A DNA stretch of 56,526 bases, filler included, from Squatina squatina (Eukaryota): the NCBI GenBank assembly GCA_031763465.1. It is 4 parts of 4 records of this genome, joined end to end, with 100 filler letters (N's around TTAATTAATTAA, not from the genome) between each part and the next. Parts side by side here need not be neighbours in the genome. Positions count along the whole stretch, not along the records: positions 27,175 to 42,342 come from JARFOE010000222.1; positions 42,443 to 56,526 come from JARFOE010000194.1; 2 more parts are not named here. The stretch is one strand, 5' to 3'. Positions 39,416 to 49,925 of the stretch are shown piece by piece; positions within the stretch are counted from its first letter, which is position 1; every line of letters starts with the position of its first letter. The notes below the pieces were generated by a model. That model saw only the letters and a program-made list of their open reading frames with translations, ran no database searches and was not told where the DNA came from. The translations under genes were made by a program, and so were the position numbers.

Positions 39416-40031
39416 AAGGTTCCTCTGCTTATCTTTCACCTTTTGGCCCCTTTTGGTCTCGTTGATTAGGTTTGAGAATAGATTCAAGTTTAGTGATTCC
39501 TTCTGGCTGGCCAAAGCTTAGAACTCAGAAGTGAACTGCTGAACTGTGCAGTTTTTATCCCCTTGAGGTGTTGGAGCTCCCCATGATAGGAAACCTGAAA
39601 TGTTTCCTTTCAGATCATTCTGCACATGTAGTAAAACCCAGGCAATGCATTCTTCATGCATTGGTCCTGAGGGTTACAGCTGTGCCCCAATCTGACCTCA
39701 CACAATGGCCTCTAAATAGAATTACTGGATAGTGATCAGGATACAACAGAACTGTAGTATAACAATTATCGCAGAGCTGTGGTGTGAGGATTATCAGAGT
39801 TGTGGTGGATGGCAGGACTGTTTGGATTTTGCTGCTTTCTTTCACCTTCCTGTAAAGTATGCTTGAACGGCATTTTTCTCAGTTTCTGGCCATCATCACT
39901 GGTCCATATAGCTGAGATTGTTCTGAGCGAACAGGTCTGTTTGCAGAGTCTGCTAGTCCCGTACGATGCTGGTCAGTGGAGGAGGCCCCATATTCTGCAC
40001 TGTTTTTAACATCAACTCTTACTCTTTGTAG

Positions 40032-40181
40032 CTGGATGAATGTGGCCGGGTGCTGGTCAATCTGTGTAAGGTGGTCCCTGGCGGCATTGTGTGCTTCTTT
40101 CCATCCTACGAGTATGAAAAACACGTGTATGCGCACTGGGAAAAGACTGGTCTCCTGACGCAGCTAGAAGCCAAGAAGAAG
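40032..40181 (+). CDS. DDX11: DDX11 exon (helicase motif IV, FFPSY)
   Basis: ttgtag|[50 protein letters not shown]|gtaact, 150 nt. Confidence 0.95.
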
Positions 40182-40254
40182 GTAACTCAATTGTTGTGCT
40201 GCTTTGGCTCCTTCAGCTTTTAGCACCTGGGAGGAGCTATTTTGCATGAGCTAT

Positions 40255-40350
40255 TGGCATGCATAGAGGATTAGCTAACAGGCAGGAAACAGAGAGTAGG
40301 GATAAGGGGGTCATATTCTGATTGGCAACCAGTAACCAGTGGGGTGCCAC
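40255..40350 (+). mobile_element. CR1 RT fragment
   Basis: IED*LTGRKQRVGIRGSYSDWQPVTSGVP. Confidence 0.75.
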
Positions 40351-40631
40351 NNNNNNNNNNNNNNNNNNNNNNNNNNNNNNNNNNNNNNNNNNNNNNNNNN
40401 NNNNNNNNNNNNNNNNNNNNNNNNNNNNNNNNNNNNNNNNNNNNNNNNNNTTAAAAGTTCAGCCTGTTATGACTTATTTTAGTCACCTCTACCAATTTGG
40501 CAAGCTCATAAGGTTTTGACATCCAAGATCATTTACAGAGAGTAGAACAACAGGGTTTCAGCTCCCGAGCACTTTGTGATCTGGCCTCAACCAGTCTCGG
40601 TCCATAATGTCACAGTTGTGAATTGTTACAG

Positions 40632-40716
40632 GTGTGTGGTGATGGTCGGAATGCCGTTTCCCAACATCAACTCGCCGGAGCTGCAGGAGAAGATGGCTTA
40701 TCTGGACAAGATGATG
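40632..40716 (+). CDS. DDX11: DDX11 exon (C-terminal helicase domain)
   Basis: ttacag|(R)[28 protein letters not shown]|gtatgt, 85 nt. Confidence 0.93.
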
Positions 40717-41286
40717 GTATGTTTGCGGTGGGCCTTCAGCACATACTCCTTTCTAGCCTAGGAGTTAGAGTATTTGTATATCGGTGTACAGGTGCCGATG
40801 CCCTGTGTCTCTGTGTGGAAGCCCATTATAGTGCGAGCACTGGCAATGCACAGTGATGATCTCTGCTATCATCCTGAAACAGCCACTGTTTGCTTCTTGA
40901 GCTATATTTATATAATAAGATAAGTTATTATCTTAAGTTAGATAAGTTAGTGTTTTCAATTTGTAGCATGGGCGCAGTTATAAACCACCATTGCCTGTGA
41001 GAGGGAAGCTCAACAAGTAACCAAGAGCCTCTGCTCCCACCTTTTCAACCTTTGTACAATTCATATTTTTCGATTTAATTTTATTCTGAAATTTCAATAT
41101 ATTTATTCCCGCATTCCACCACCTACCCTGAATTTTAGACTCTTCTCTTCCTCGACTTCTCTNNNNNNNNNNNNNNNNNNNNNNNNNNNNNNNNNNNNNN
41201 NNNNNNNNNNNNNNNNNNNNNNNNNNNNNNNNNNNNNNNNNNNNNNNNNNNNNNNNNNNNNNTTATACTATATTTGGCAGATAACA

Positions 41287-41505
41287 CATAGAATCATAGA
41301 ATGATGCAGCACAGAAGGCAGACAGCTCTTTGAAAGAGCTATCCAAATAGTCCCAGTCTCCTGCTCTTTCCTTGTTGCCCTGCACATTTTTAAGTATATA
41401 GCCACTTCCCTTTTGAAGCTTACCATCAAATCTGCATCCACCACTCTTTCAGACAGTGTTTTTTTAGTCACTTTTTTCTCCCTCATTTAGCCTTCGTTGG
41501 GTTTC
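41287..41505 (-). mobile_element. Degenerate CR1 3' end
   Basis: catagaatcatagaa tail; cagctctttgaaagagctatccaa...tcccttttgaagcttaccatcaaatctgcatccaccactctttcagacagtg matches 37360-37500. Confidence 0.8.
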
Positions 41506-42342
41506 TTAGGGTTAGTAAAACTGCAGTGCTTAAAAAAACTATTGATGCAGACTAAGCAGTGGGAAATAATCGTGAAGAAAACAGAGAAATGCAAGCTTGA
41601 GGATTCCTATCTTTCCGACCTGGATTGTGTCAACTGCATTTACCCAGTGATGGCAGAGGATGGTGGTGCCACGGGAGCCACCCAGCCAGTGTCCTCTGTG
41701 GTTTATAAGTTTGAAGAGAATCCTTTGCCATGGCTTGGGAAATCATCTCACATAGCTACAGAGGTCACTGGCTTCCACATGTCCACCCTGGATAGCAGTG
41801 GAGGTGTGCACAACTTGGTCCCGAAGCAAATAGAAGCAATTATGGTCAGAAGGGACATTGTGTCCTCCCAACACATCAAATTGGCCAAAAGCCCCAGACG
41901 AAGTGGCGTGATCAGAGGGAGTTTCAAGATTGAAATAAACTCCACCTCAGCTCAAGAAGTCTTTCTCCAGTTAGTTGTAGACCTGATCTATGTCTTCACA
42001 ATTAGCATCTACTCGGGGAAGGGTTCTGCCGACCAAGCTCCAGCTCAGGAACATACAATCCCACAGTGCGATACAGGCCCACCTCTACAAAAAGGCCTCC
42101 ATGTGCAGGACCCTTACATCATCAGGATCCCAACCAGCCTGTTCCAGAAGAATGCAAATGACTCGAAGAGCAGCAGATACATCACCGTTGTTTTTCGGAT
42201 GGAGTACCCAATGGCTTATCCAGTCATTAAGGAAGGGCTCACTGTCTCTGTTTTCATTGCAAGCTGTCTGACTTTCCAGGGGAAGTCTGACAATTGGGAT
42301 TCTGCCTCCTGCACAACAGGTCCTCTTACAAGTGGCAAGAGA
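41491..42342 (+). CDS. PKDREJ: Polycystin-1 family PKDREJ-like, GAIN region up to the start of the GPS motif (partial)
   Basis: 284 open codons: CVNCIYP...FEENPLPWL...TEVTGFHM...GSFKIEINSTSAQEVFLQLV...VSVFIASCLTFQGKSDNWDSASCTTGPLTS (GPS C-x-W-x-C pattern). Parallels human PKDREJ CRNCFYP...FPWL...EVSGFRM...ISIFSVQCL...WREGYC. The 5' boundary is 41491 or 41510. Confidence 0.8.
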
Positions 42343-42442
42343 NNNNNNNNNNNNNNNNNNNNNNNNNNNNNNNNNNNNNNNNNNNNTTAATTAATTAANN
42401 NNNNNNNNNNNNNNNNNNNNNNNNNNNNNNNNNNNNNNNNNN
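42343..42442. other. Artificial scaffold-joining linker
   Basis: N44-TTAATTAATTAA-N44. Confidence 0.97.
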
Positions 42443-42600
42443 ATTGTAAATAGCTGAGACCCAAGCACTAATCCTTGGTGGCATTCCACTAGTTACAGCC
42501 TGCCGACCTGAAAATTATCCACTTATTCCTACTGTGTTGTGTCCATTGCAATAAAGGCTAACATACCATTTGCCTTCCTAATTGTTTGCTGTACCTTGCA
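42443..42600 (-). mobile_element. CR1 RT fragment(s)
   Basis: Antisense of FSGRQAVTSGMP...SVLGSQLFT and QTIRKANGMLAFIA. Confidence 0.7.
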
Positions 42601-42691
42601 TCTCCCCTCTTGATGGCCTGGCAATGATCCTGAATCCAGTGCTAATAAATAACTGGGTGGTTCTAACCTTGTTTCTTGTGATTTGTTTTAG

Positions 42692-42982
42692 GTTTATGAC
42701 CGAGTGGCCAAAGAGGGAATGCTGCCAATGAACAAACGATTGCACAAGTTAATGTCCCACTGTGGTCCTGTGGCTGGATGTATTTTTGCCTTAGTTGCTG
42801 TTTTGGACTTCCTTTTCTTGTTCATCTTGAGGTATATAGTTCCAGATTCCATGATTGACATTGCTGTTGATGCCACAGGTGTGAATGGAGCTTGGAAGCA
42901 AGAACAGGAACTTTCAACAATTGAAAAACTTGGGAAAACTCCACCTTGCTCTGAAAGGAGCAGTCACAAAGTGAAAGCTTGA
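42692..42982 (+). CDS. PIGA: Phosphatidylinositol N-acetylglucosaminyltransferase subunit A, last coding exon
   Basis: ttttag|[68 protein letters not shown]...KA*. Matches human [63 protein letters not shown]. Confidence 0.93.
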   Translation, partial: VYDRVAKEGMLPMNKRLHKLMSHCGPVAGCIFALVAVLDFLFLFILRYIVPDSMIDIAVDATGVNGAWKQEQELSTIEKLGKTPPCSERSSHKVKA

Positions 42983-43264
42983 TGCTTTTGTTTATAGTTG
43001 CTTCTGGACTCTAGATTTGAATCCTTTGGGATTATCAAATTATTTTTTGCAGTTTTTCTGTTTTGTAAGACTTCGTCTAGCTATTTTGCTACCTCTTAAG
43101 TAGCCATTAAGAATTTCAGCTGCATAGAAATTAAAGTGGGGTTTAATAGATGGATGAAAACTTTNNNNNNNNNNNNNNNNNNNNNNNNNNNNNNNNNNNN
43201 NNNNNNNNNNNNNNNNNNNNNNNNNNNNNNNNNNNNNNNNNNNNNNNNNNNNNNNNNNNNNNNN

Positions 43265-43378
43265 CCTTCACCACAAGGACTGCAGCGGTTCAAGGCGGCG
43301 GCTCATCACCACCTTCTCAAGGGCAACAAATGCTGGCCTTGCCCGCGACGCCCACATCCCAGGAATGAACTAAAAAAA
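43265..43378 (+). mobile_element. LINE/SINE 3' tail
   Basis: ggactgcagcggttcaaggcggcggctcatcaccaccttctcaagggcaac...aaatgctggccttgcccgcgacgcccacatcccaggaatgaactaaaaaaa. Confidence 0.75.
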
Positions 43379-44134
43379 AGTTGGACTTTCATGAGTGTTC
43401 TTCTCTCCTCAGAATACAGGGGATTGACCACTGTATTTAACAGGGAGTTCAAATAAGGAACTAACTTAGGTGCATGGAGCGATTTATAGTGAGAACTTGT
43501 GATTTTCAGTTTTTATTTTTCTTGGTCTCGGGTTAAAAATGCAGGCCAATACATGTTTTTCATGTCAAAAATAAAAGATTCACAATCAGAGAACTTTGAG
43601 TTTAATTTGCCATAACATTTTGGAAGGAATACAATACTTCAAATAAATACAAACTTAATACACTGAAGTGTACACTTCCAAAGAGAGCTGGACTATATTG
43701 GGTGTAACCCTAATGTTGGAATTCATCTTTCAAGGGTAGTTACCAGTTTAAAACAAAACTCAGAAGCTTTTAAGCTGAATTTTATATAATTTACTGTGTC
43801 ATTCAACCACCCGCCTGCTCTCTTTTAGGTGAGCAATGATTGTGCTGGATGTTGGAATAGTTTCCAGTGATGAATCTGCAACTTTGCTGTTGTAAAAACA
43901 TGGAAAATGTGTTGTTATCCATAGTATAAATTATTTACCCAAGGGGCAGATAAATAAACAGAGTTTATCTGGATATCATATCCAGTGAGCCTGTGTTGTG
44001 CCCTCTGTTTATACAAAAAAAAGTTAATATTGCTAAATGGAAAAAAAAAATATGTGCCCCAAAATTCCTGGGGCTGGAGAGGGCATATGTCTGATTTTCA
44101 ACTAGGAGCTGTCCCAGAATATGGGGTTACATTA

Positions 44135-44530
44135 TATAGGATTACACAGGATATATGGCACAGAAACAGGCCATTTCGCCCAACCAGTTTATGCTCCACT
44201 CGAGCCTCCTGCTGTCTTTCCCAATCTAACTCTAACAGCATAATCCTCTATTCCCTTCTCTCTCAGATGCTTATCAAGCTTCCCCTTAAATGCATCTATA
44301 CTATTTGCCTCAACTACTCCCTGTAGCAAGTTCCACATTCTCTGGGTGAAGAAGTTTCTTCTGAATCCCCTATTTGATTTCTTGGTAACTATCTTATATT
44401 AATGGCCTCTAGTTATGCTCTTCCCATAAGTGGAAACCTCACTGTATCCTCTCTATCAAAACCTTTCATAATTTTAAAGACCTCTATCAGGTCACCTCAT
44501 TAGCCTTTTTACAAGAGAAAAGAGATCCAG
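44135..44530 (-). mobile_element. CR1 LINE 3' end
   Basis: ggcacagaaacaggccatt...aagttccacattctc...ggcctctagttatg...cctttcataattttaaagacctctatcaggtcacctc (antisense RGDLIEVFKIMKGFDR). Confidence 0.82.
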
Positions 44531-44629
44531 CCTTTCATGCTTGGAATCAGATTTCAGCAGACTTCCACTCATTGATGGATTTTCCTTTCCTTTCTACTTT
44601 CTCAGGTACTCTGTCCTCCCNNNNNNNNN

Positions 44630-45353
44630 NACCCTTCAGCACTCCTCAACCTCCCTACTCTCCAACAGGCTCGACTCACTATTGGATAAGCCTAAAACTT
44701 CCCTCTGTGCCTCTCTTGGCATTATCCGAAAGGCCCATTGAGGCACTTGTCACTGCCTCCTTATAAGTAGCAACCTAATGGCCTCATCTTACTCACTCGC
44801 TGACCTTCTCGCCCAGTGCGCTCGCTGAGGTGTAATTTGGCTCGATGAGGCATCCTGAATGTCTGTTCACTTATGAACAAGGCCCTTGCTATCCATGAGC
44901 TTATTGTGGATGATCGCATCGACATCATGGCCTTGACAGAAATCTGGCTGAAGGCTGATACACCTTTCCCCTAAATGAAGCCTCCCTGCCTGGATGTACC
45001 TTCCACCACTTGCACTGTCCACACTGTCAGTTTGGCGGTGTGTCTCAGATCACCAAATTACTCCTTGTTCTGTCCCGCTACACCTCTGGCACCTTCTCCT
45101 CCTTTGAGCGTCACACCTTGTTCCAACCCTCTCACCTCTCATTTAAAATCCTTGTTCTCTACCGCCCACCCAAACACCATGGCAAGTTTCTCACTGAGAT
45201 ATCTTCACTGCTTTCCTCCCGCAGCCTCTGCACCGAGTGGCTTCTCATCCTCGGCGTTTTCAACCATCAGCTCAATCATCATGCCCGCCTATCCTTCCTT
45301 AATCTCTCCCTCCATATAAACTGCCCTGCCCCATATTCATGGTCACCACCTCG
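44630..45353 (+). mobile_element. L2 LINE ORF2 endonuclease-domain fragment
   Basis: LNVCSLMNKALAIHELIVDDRIDIMALTEIWL...GGV...FSSFE...ILVLYRPPK...FLTEISSLLS...LLILGVFN, matching APE motifs TETWL, YRPP and GDFN. Confidence 0.85.
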
Positions 45354-46014
45354 NNNNNNNNNNNNNNNNNNNNNNNNNNNNNNNNNNNNNNNNNNNNNNN
45401 NNNNNNNNNNNNNNNNNNNNNNNNNNNNNNNNNNNNNNNNNNNNNNNNNNNNNTCATTATTGTGTGAGTTAGTGATGGAAATCACGGGAGTGATAAGAAG
45501 CTGGTTCTCCTGCTCCCTAACCCAGGTCTAATACAGCCAACTTTCCCACTGCCTTAGCTGAAATCAGCTAACTCGGCACAGAGTGCTGAACCTGGGATCT
45601 CCCTGATCGGTACACTCAGTACCACATCCAGCAGTGCATCTACTCACTGAGCCACAGGTGGTTCCAACAGCAGCATGTGCAGAGGAACCGTGAAAGTCCT
45701 TCATTGGTGACCCAAAATTCTCAGTTGCAAGGATGACATAGCAACCCAGGAAGCACAGAGCACTCTAACCAAAGGCATACAAAACAGCTGAGAACCAGCC
45801 GCAGTAATTAAGTGGAAAGAATGTGAGTAATGCAATGAAAGGAATTATCTTACCACTGGGGTTTCGGTCCTTTAGAAACAGCGTTCAAAACTGAACTGAC
45901 TGGAATTTGCCAAAACCGGATAGGAACTTCCTTAACTTACTTCCAGCAGCTAACAGTGAGTATCTACAGAGCCTAGAAAACAAATCGATGCCACGAGCAA
46001 CTGCTTTATTATCT

Positions 46015-46245
46015 ACAAAAGCAAAATGCTGCGGATACTGGAATCTGAAGTAAAAAACAAAAATGCTGGGAATACGCAGCAGCTCAGGCATCATCTGTAG
46101 AGAGAGAAACAGAGTCAACGTTTTAGGACTGTGGCCTTTCGTTAGAACTGACGAAGGGTCGTCGACATGAAACGTTAACTCTGTTTCTCTCTCCACAGAT
46201 GCTGCCTGATCTGCTGCGTATTCCCAGCATTTTCTGTTTTTATTC
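46015..46245. mobile_element. Fold-back (palindromic) Penelope-type terminal repeat
   Basis: 46051-46145 is the imperfect reverse complement of 46148-46244, with a 2-nt centre at 46146-46147. The same arm occurs at 20542-20645. Confidence 0.75.
46144..46180 (+). ncRNA. Minimal type-I hammerhead ribozyme-like motif
   Basis: CUGAcGA (46148-46154), stem II agGGUC-guc-GACau, GAAA (46169-46172), palindromic AACGUU, then AACU. Stems I and II are imperfect. Confidence 0.55.
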
Positions 46246-46279
46246 CTAACCTTCATGACTCTGTAGTGCTGTGCTGCTA

Positions 46280-46690
46280 ACAACAAGAAATTGTATTTAC
46301 ATAGCGCTGTTACCACAGTGAAACATCCCAAGGTGCTTTACAGGAGGGTTTTCAAACAGAATTTGAAATCGAACCATATAAAGAGATATTAGGATGGGGG
46401 ACTTAAACCTTGGCCAAAGAGGTACATTTTAAGGAGCATCTTAAAAGAGTAAAGGGAGTGAGAGAGAGACGGAGAAGTTTAAGGAGGGAATTCCAGAGCT
46501 TAAGACCTTGACAGCTGAAAGCATGGTGGTGCAGCGATGAAATTTGGGGATGCAAAAGAGGCCAGAATTGGACGAACACAAAGATCTGTGGGTTGTAGGA
46601 GTGGAGGCACTTACAGAGATAGGGCCAATGGAAGGAGTTGAAAACAAGGATGAGTATTTTAATTTGAAGTGTTGTTGGACTGGGAGTTAA
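46280..46690 (-). mobile_element. L2 LINE 3' end
   Basis: Reverse-complement match to 28360-28777 (aacaagaaattgtatttacatagcgct...aaacatcccaaggtgctttacagg...ggaattccagagctt...ttgaaaacaaggatgag). Confidence 0.85.
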
Positions 46691-46812
46691 TTTCTGACCT
46701 GACTCTTAATATTTCAATTTAGGGAGGGTGTTCAACCTCCCAGGTTTTCAGCTTCATAAAAATTCAATCATTGCAAATGATCTTTTTTCCTTCCCACAAT
46801 TCTTTTGTTTAG

Positions 46813-47004
46813 GTGCCAATGTTAACATGTGCAAAAATCTTGAATCTCCACTTCACATGGCAACCAAGAATTCAGATACACAGCTAGTCAATCTACTGCT
46901 CGAACATGGAGCGGACACTAATGCCAAGAATGCTGAAGGGAAACGGCCTGTAGAGTTTGCATTACCAAACAGCTCTTTAGAAGAATTGCTTTTGCAATGG
47001 GAAG
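46813..47004 (+). CDS. ASB9: Ankyrin repeat and SOCS box protein 9-like exon (last ankyrin repeats)
   Basis: gtttag|(G)ANVNMCKNLESPLHMATKNSDTQLVNLLLEHGADTNAKNAEGKRPVEFALPNSSLEELLLQWE(G)|gtactg, 192 nt. GADTxAKNAEGKRPVE matches ASB9. It is on the same strand and downstream of PIGA, as at human Xp22. Confidence 0.82.
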
Positions 47005-47410
47005 GTACTGGCAAAATGTATTAATTTCTTAAAGTAAAGGTACANNNNNNNNNNCCTTTGTACTGCATGTACCATTAGTGCCTTTCCTGTATTAAAGAAA
47101 TTCTTATTATTACCAAGATTCTCCTCTTCCATTATAAAAGATTGCATCCCTATCATACAGTGTGGACTTCAATAGCTTTGCTTTTCTACTTGAAGCAAGT
47201 TTAAATATTGCATAAAGGGTAAGCTATTGCGCCTTATAGGAAGATAGGAACCGGAGGGGCCATTCATCCCATCAAGCCTGTTCCGCCATTCAAGTACAGA
47301 AGCGAAATACNNNNNNNNNNNNNNNNNNNNNNNNNNNNNNNNNNNNNNNNNNNNNNNNNNNNNNNNNNNNNNNNNNNNNNNNNNNNNNNNNNNNNNNNNN
47401 NNNNNNNNNN

Positions 47411-48272
47411 AGCTCCAGCTAATGGCCTGTCTTAAGCTTGCACAGCTGAGCATGCATTCAGCAGCAGGAAGGAACCTACACCAGTGCTATTTAAAGGGGT
47501 CATCAGTAACTTTCAGGTTGATTTCTACTGGCTATTGCTGGGGTTGTACAAGTCTTTGGTGCTTTCTTGAATTGTTTAAAGTTGCTAAAGTCTACAGTGA
47601 GTGGTGTGGCAGGTACTGAGGACTTTCTTCAGAGTTCAAGGTTTCTGCACAAAACCACTTGCTCCCAGGCATGAATGTAGGAGGCATTTCCCTCAGAATA
47701 CAACATGACTGGGAGAATGAGCAGAGGTGATACAGAGCAGGGCAAGCTGCAAGAAGAGGGAGGAGGAGGGGCGGAAGGGCTCTCAGCAGGAGGCCATATG
47801 TGCCCAAGGGAGCAAGTCTCCTACCTGAACCTCAGCAAGGAACAGTGTGACAGATCTCTGTGCTTCAGTAAGGACATCCTCACTAAAATCTGCCACCTGC
47901 TGCAGCCACGACTACAACCTCAAGCAATGTGAGGACCACTGTGAAGGTCACAGTGGCGATGAACTTTTATGCGTCAGCCTTGTTCCAGGTTGGAGCAGGA
48001 GATTTTTGCAACATCTCCCAATTTGCCATGCATTGTTGCATAAGGGAGGTAACTGAGGCTCTCCATTCCAAGAGAGCTGAATATATGTCCTTCTCTGGCC
48101 AGAGAGCAGATGGCATCGCAAGAATTGCAGGTTGCCCATGGTGCAGGGTGCCATTGACTGTGCACGCATCGCTTTGCGGGCACCGCAACTCAACTCTAAC
48201 CTTTATAGCAACTGAAAGGGATTCCACTCCCTCAATGTCCAGCTGGGGTGTGACCCTACTCAGCGTATCATG
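47411..48272 (+). mobile_element. PIF/Harbinger transposon remnant with a disrupted HARBI1-like DDE transposase
   Basis: SYLNLSKEQC...FSKDILTKICHLLQP, VKVTVAMNFYASALFQVGAGDFCNISQFAMHCCIREVTEAL, ARIAG..VQGAIDC, KGFHSLNVQLGCD, with frameshifts and stops. Confidence 0.88.
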
Positions 48273-48372
48273 NNNNNNNNNNNNNNNNNNNNNNNNNNNN
48301 NNNNNNNNNNNNNNNNNNNNNNNNNNNNNNNNNNNNNNNNNNNNNNNNNNNNNNNNNNNNNNNNNNNNNNNN

Positions 48373-48717
48373 CCACATTGATTGAATAAAAACAAAATTT
48401 TAACACTGATTTTCTTAAAAATAGAACTTATTCTTTACTCCCAAGCGGGTGACAGTGCCCAAAAAACTGGGCGTTATCACCGCTAGTTTTAAGGCTCATC
48501 AGCCTTATCGGTTTCCCAGCGGGCAGCCATTTTGGCCGTTGCGCTGTTGACGTCATTGACCTGTAACACTGAACGCTGAGTTTTTAGCCTTAAACCTTTA
48601 ACGCCCATTTAGCGCCACCGTTCGGGGGGATGAATTTCCCATCGTTAAATTTAGCGCCCAAAATCAGCGTTAAGCCGCTAGTTTAACACCAAAAAAAAAA
48701 GAACGAATTGGACGCCC
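48373..48717. mobile_element. CpG-rich MITE-like element end
   Basis: Recurrent TTTAGCGCC/TAACGCCC words, ending in GAATTGGACGCCC followed by TAT. Confidence 0.45.
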
Positions 48718-48759
48718 TATGAGTTTGGGTGTCCATATTGTTAAAAGTTTTTATAGTCT

Positions 48760-49277
48760 ACAGCGAGTTGTCTGGCTGATGCTGAAGTACTTTTTTGTTG
48801 ACTTACAGGTTTATGCGCAAACCAGTTGCTTCCAGACATGGGTGACCTAGCCTTTGGCATTTGAGCATGATTGGGAGAATGAGCAGAGGCCACGCAGGGC
48901 AGGACAAGAGGGAGGAGGAGGTGGGGAAGAAGGGCTCTCAGCAGGAGGCCATATCCGCAGAGGGCATTTAGGGAGCAATTCTTCTAACTGAACTTCAGCG
49001 ACAACCAATGCTTGCCACATCTGTGCTTCACTAATGAGTTCATGACTGAAAACTGCCAAGTGCTGCAGCGACAACACCAACCTCCGAGCTGAGAAAGGAC
49101 CACATTGCCTGTGGCTGTTAAGGTGACTGTGGCTCTCAACTTTTATGCGTCTGGCTCCTTCCAGACTGCTGCTGGAGATATTAGCAACATCTTGCAGTTT
49201 GCAAAGCACTGCTCCATAAGGGAGGTCACTGAGGCTCTCTGTGCAGAGAGATAACTTCATTTAATTCCCTTTTGTCG
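48760..49277 (+). mobile_element. Second Harbinger transposase remnant (same family as 47600-48090)
   Basis: gggagaatgagcagagg...gaagggctctcagcaggaggccatat is shared with 47711-47800; LPVAVKVTVALNFYASGSFQTAAGDISNILQFA...IREVTEAL. Confidence 0.88.
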
Positions 49278-49818
49278 NNNNNNNNNNNNNNNNNNNNNNN
49301 NNNNNNNNNNNNNNNNNNNNNNNNNNNNNNNNNNNNNNNNNNNNNNNNNNNNNNNNNNNNNNNNNNNNNNNNNNNNNGAATAGAGGAGCCTAGGGAATAG
49401 TTAGTTGTGTGCCTTCTCCATCTGAGCAATGGGATGAGCACGATTGAGATGTTACTATGGCAGCAATGCTTGATGCCTGTTTCTCACCTACCTTGGAGAG
49501 CATGGACAGTAGCTCTCCTTTGTAGCTGTTGAATTTGAAGGTCTGGTAGGTTGTTACAAGAGTGCTGGTGTGAACGGAAATGCTTGTTGCTGTGGATGAA
49601 TTCTATGAAAGCACTGGTACACTTAGTCGCAGCAGCCCCAAAAGCAACACATAACATTACAGCATCAACGCAGACTGGAGATGGTGACGGCTTCAAGCAG
49701 TGATTGACACAAAGTAATGAGTTGAATGCTAACAGTAAGAAATAATACTCAAATCTAGCCGAATACACTCTTGAAGCAAGTGGTACTGATAGAAGTGGAA
49801 GAAGATTAATTTACCAAC

Positions 49819-49925
49819 CTCAGCTTGCTTTCGCCATATATCAATGTTCTTGCGTTGAGCTTTTGAGAAATGGTCCCAAGCCTTTTGCTTCGAAGCAGCC
49901 TTGAAAACTGCCACAATCTGCTCAA
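49819..49925 (-). CDS. ENOX1: Ecto-NOX disulfide-thiol exchanger exon (ENOX1-like)
   Basis: ccaaag|(F)EQIVAVFKAASKQKAWDHFSKAQRKNIDIWRKQAE|gttggt, 107 nt. HFSKAQRKNIDIWRK is ENOX1-type (ENOX2 has HFTKAQRKNISVWCK). Confidence 0.82.
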
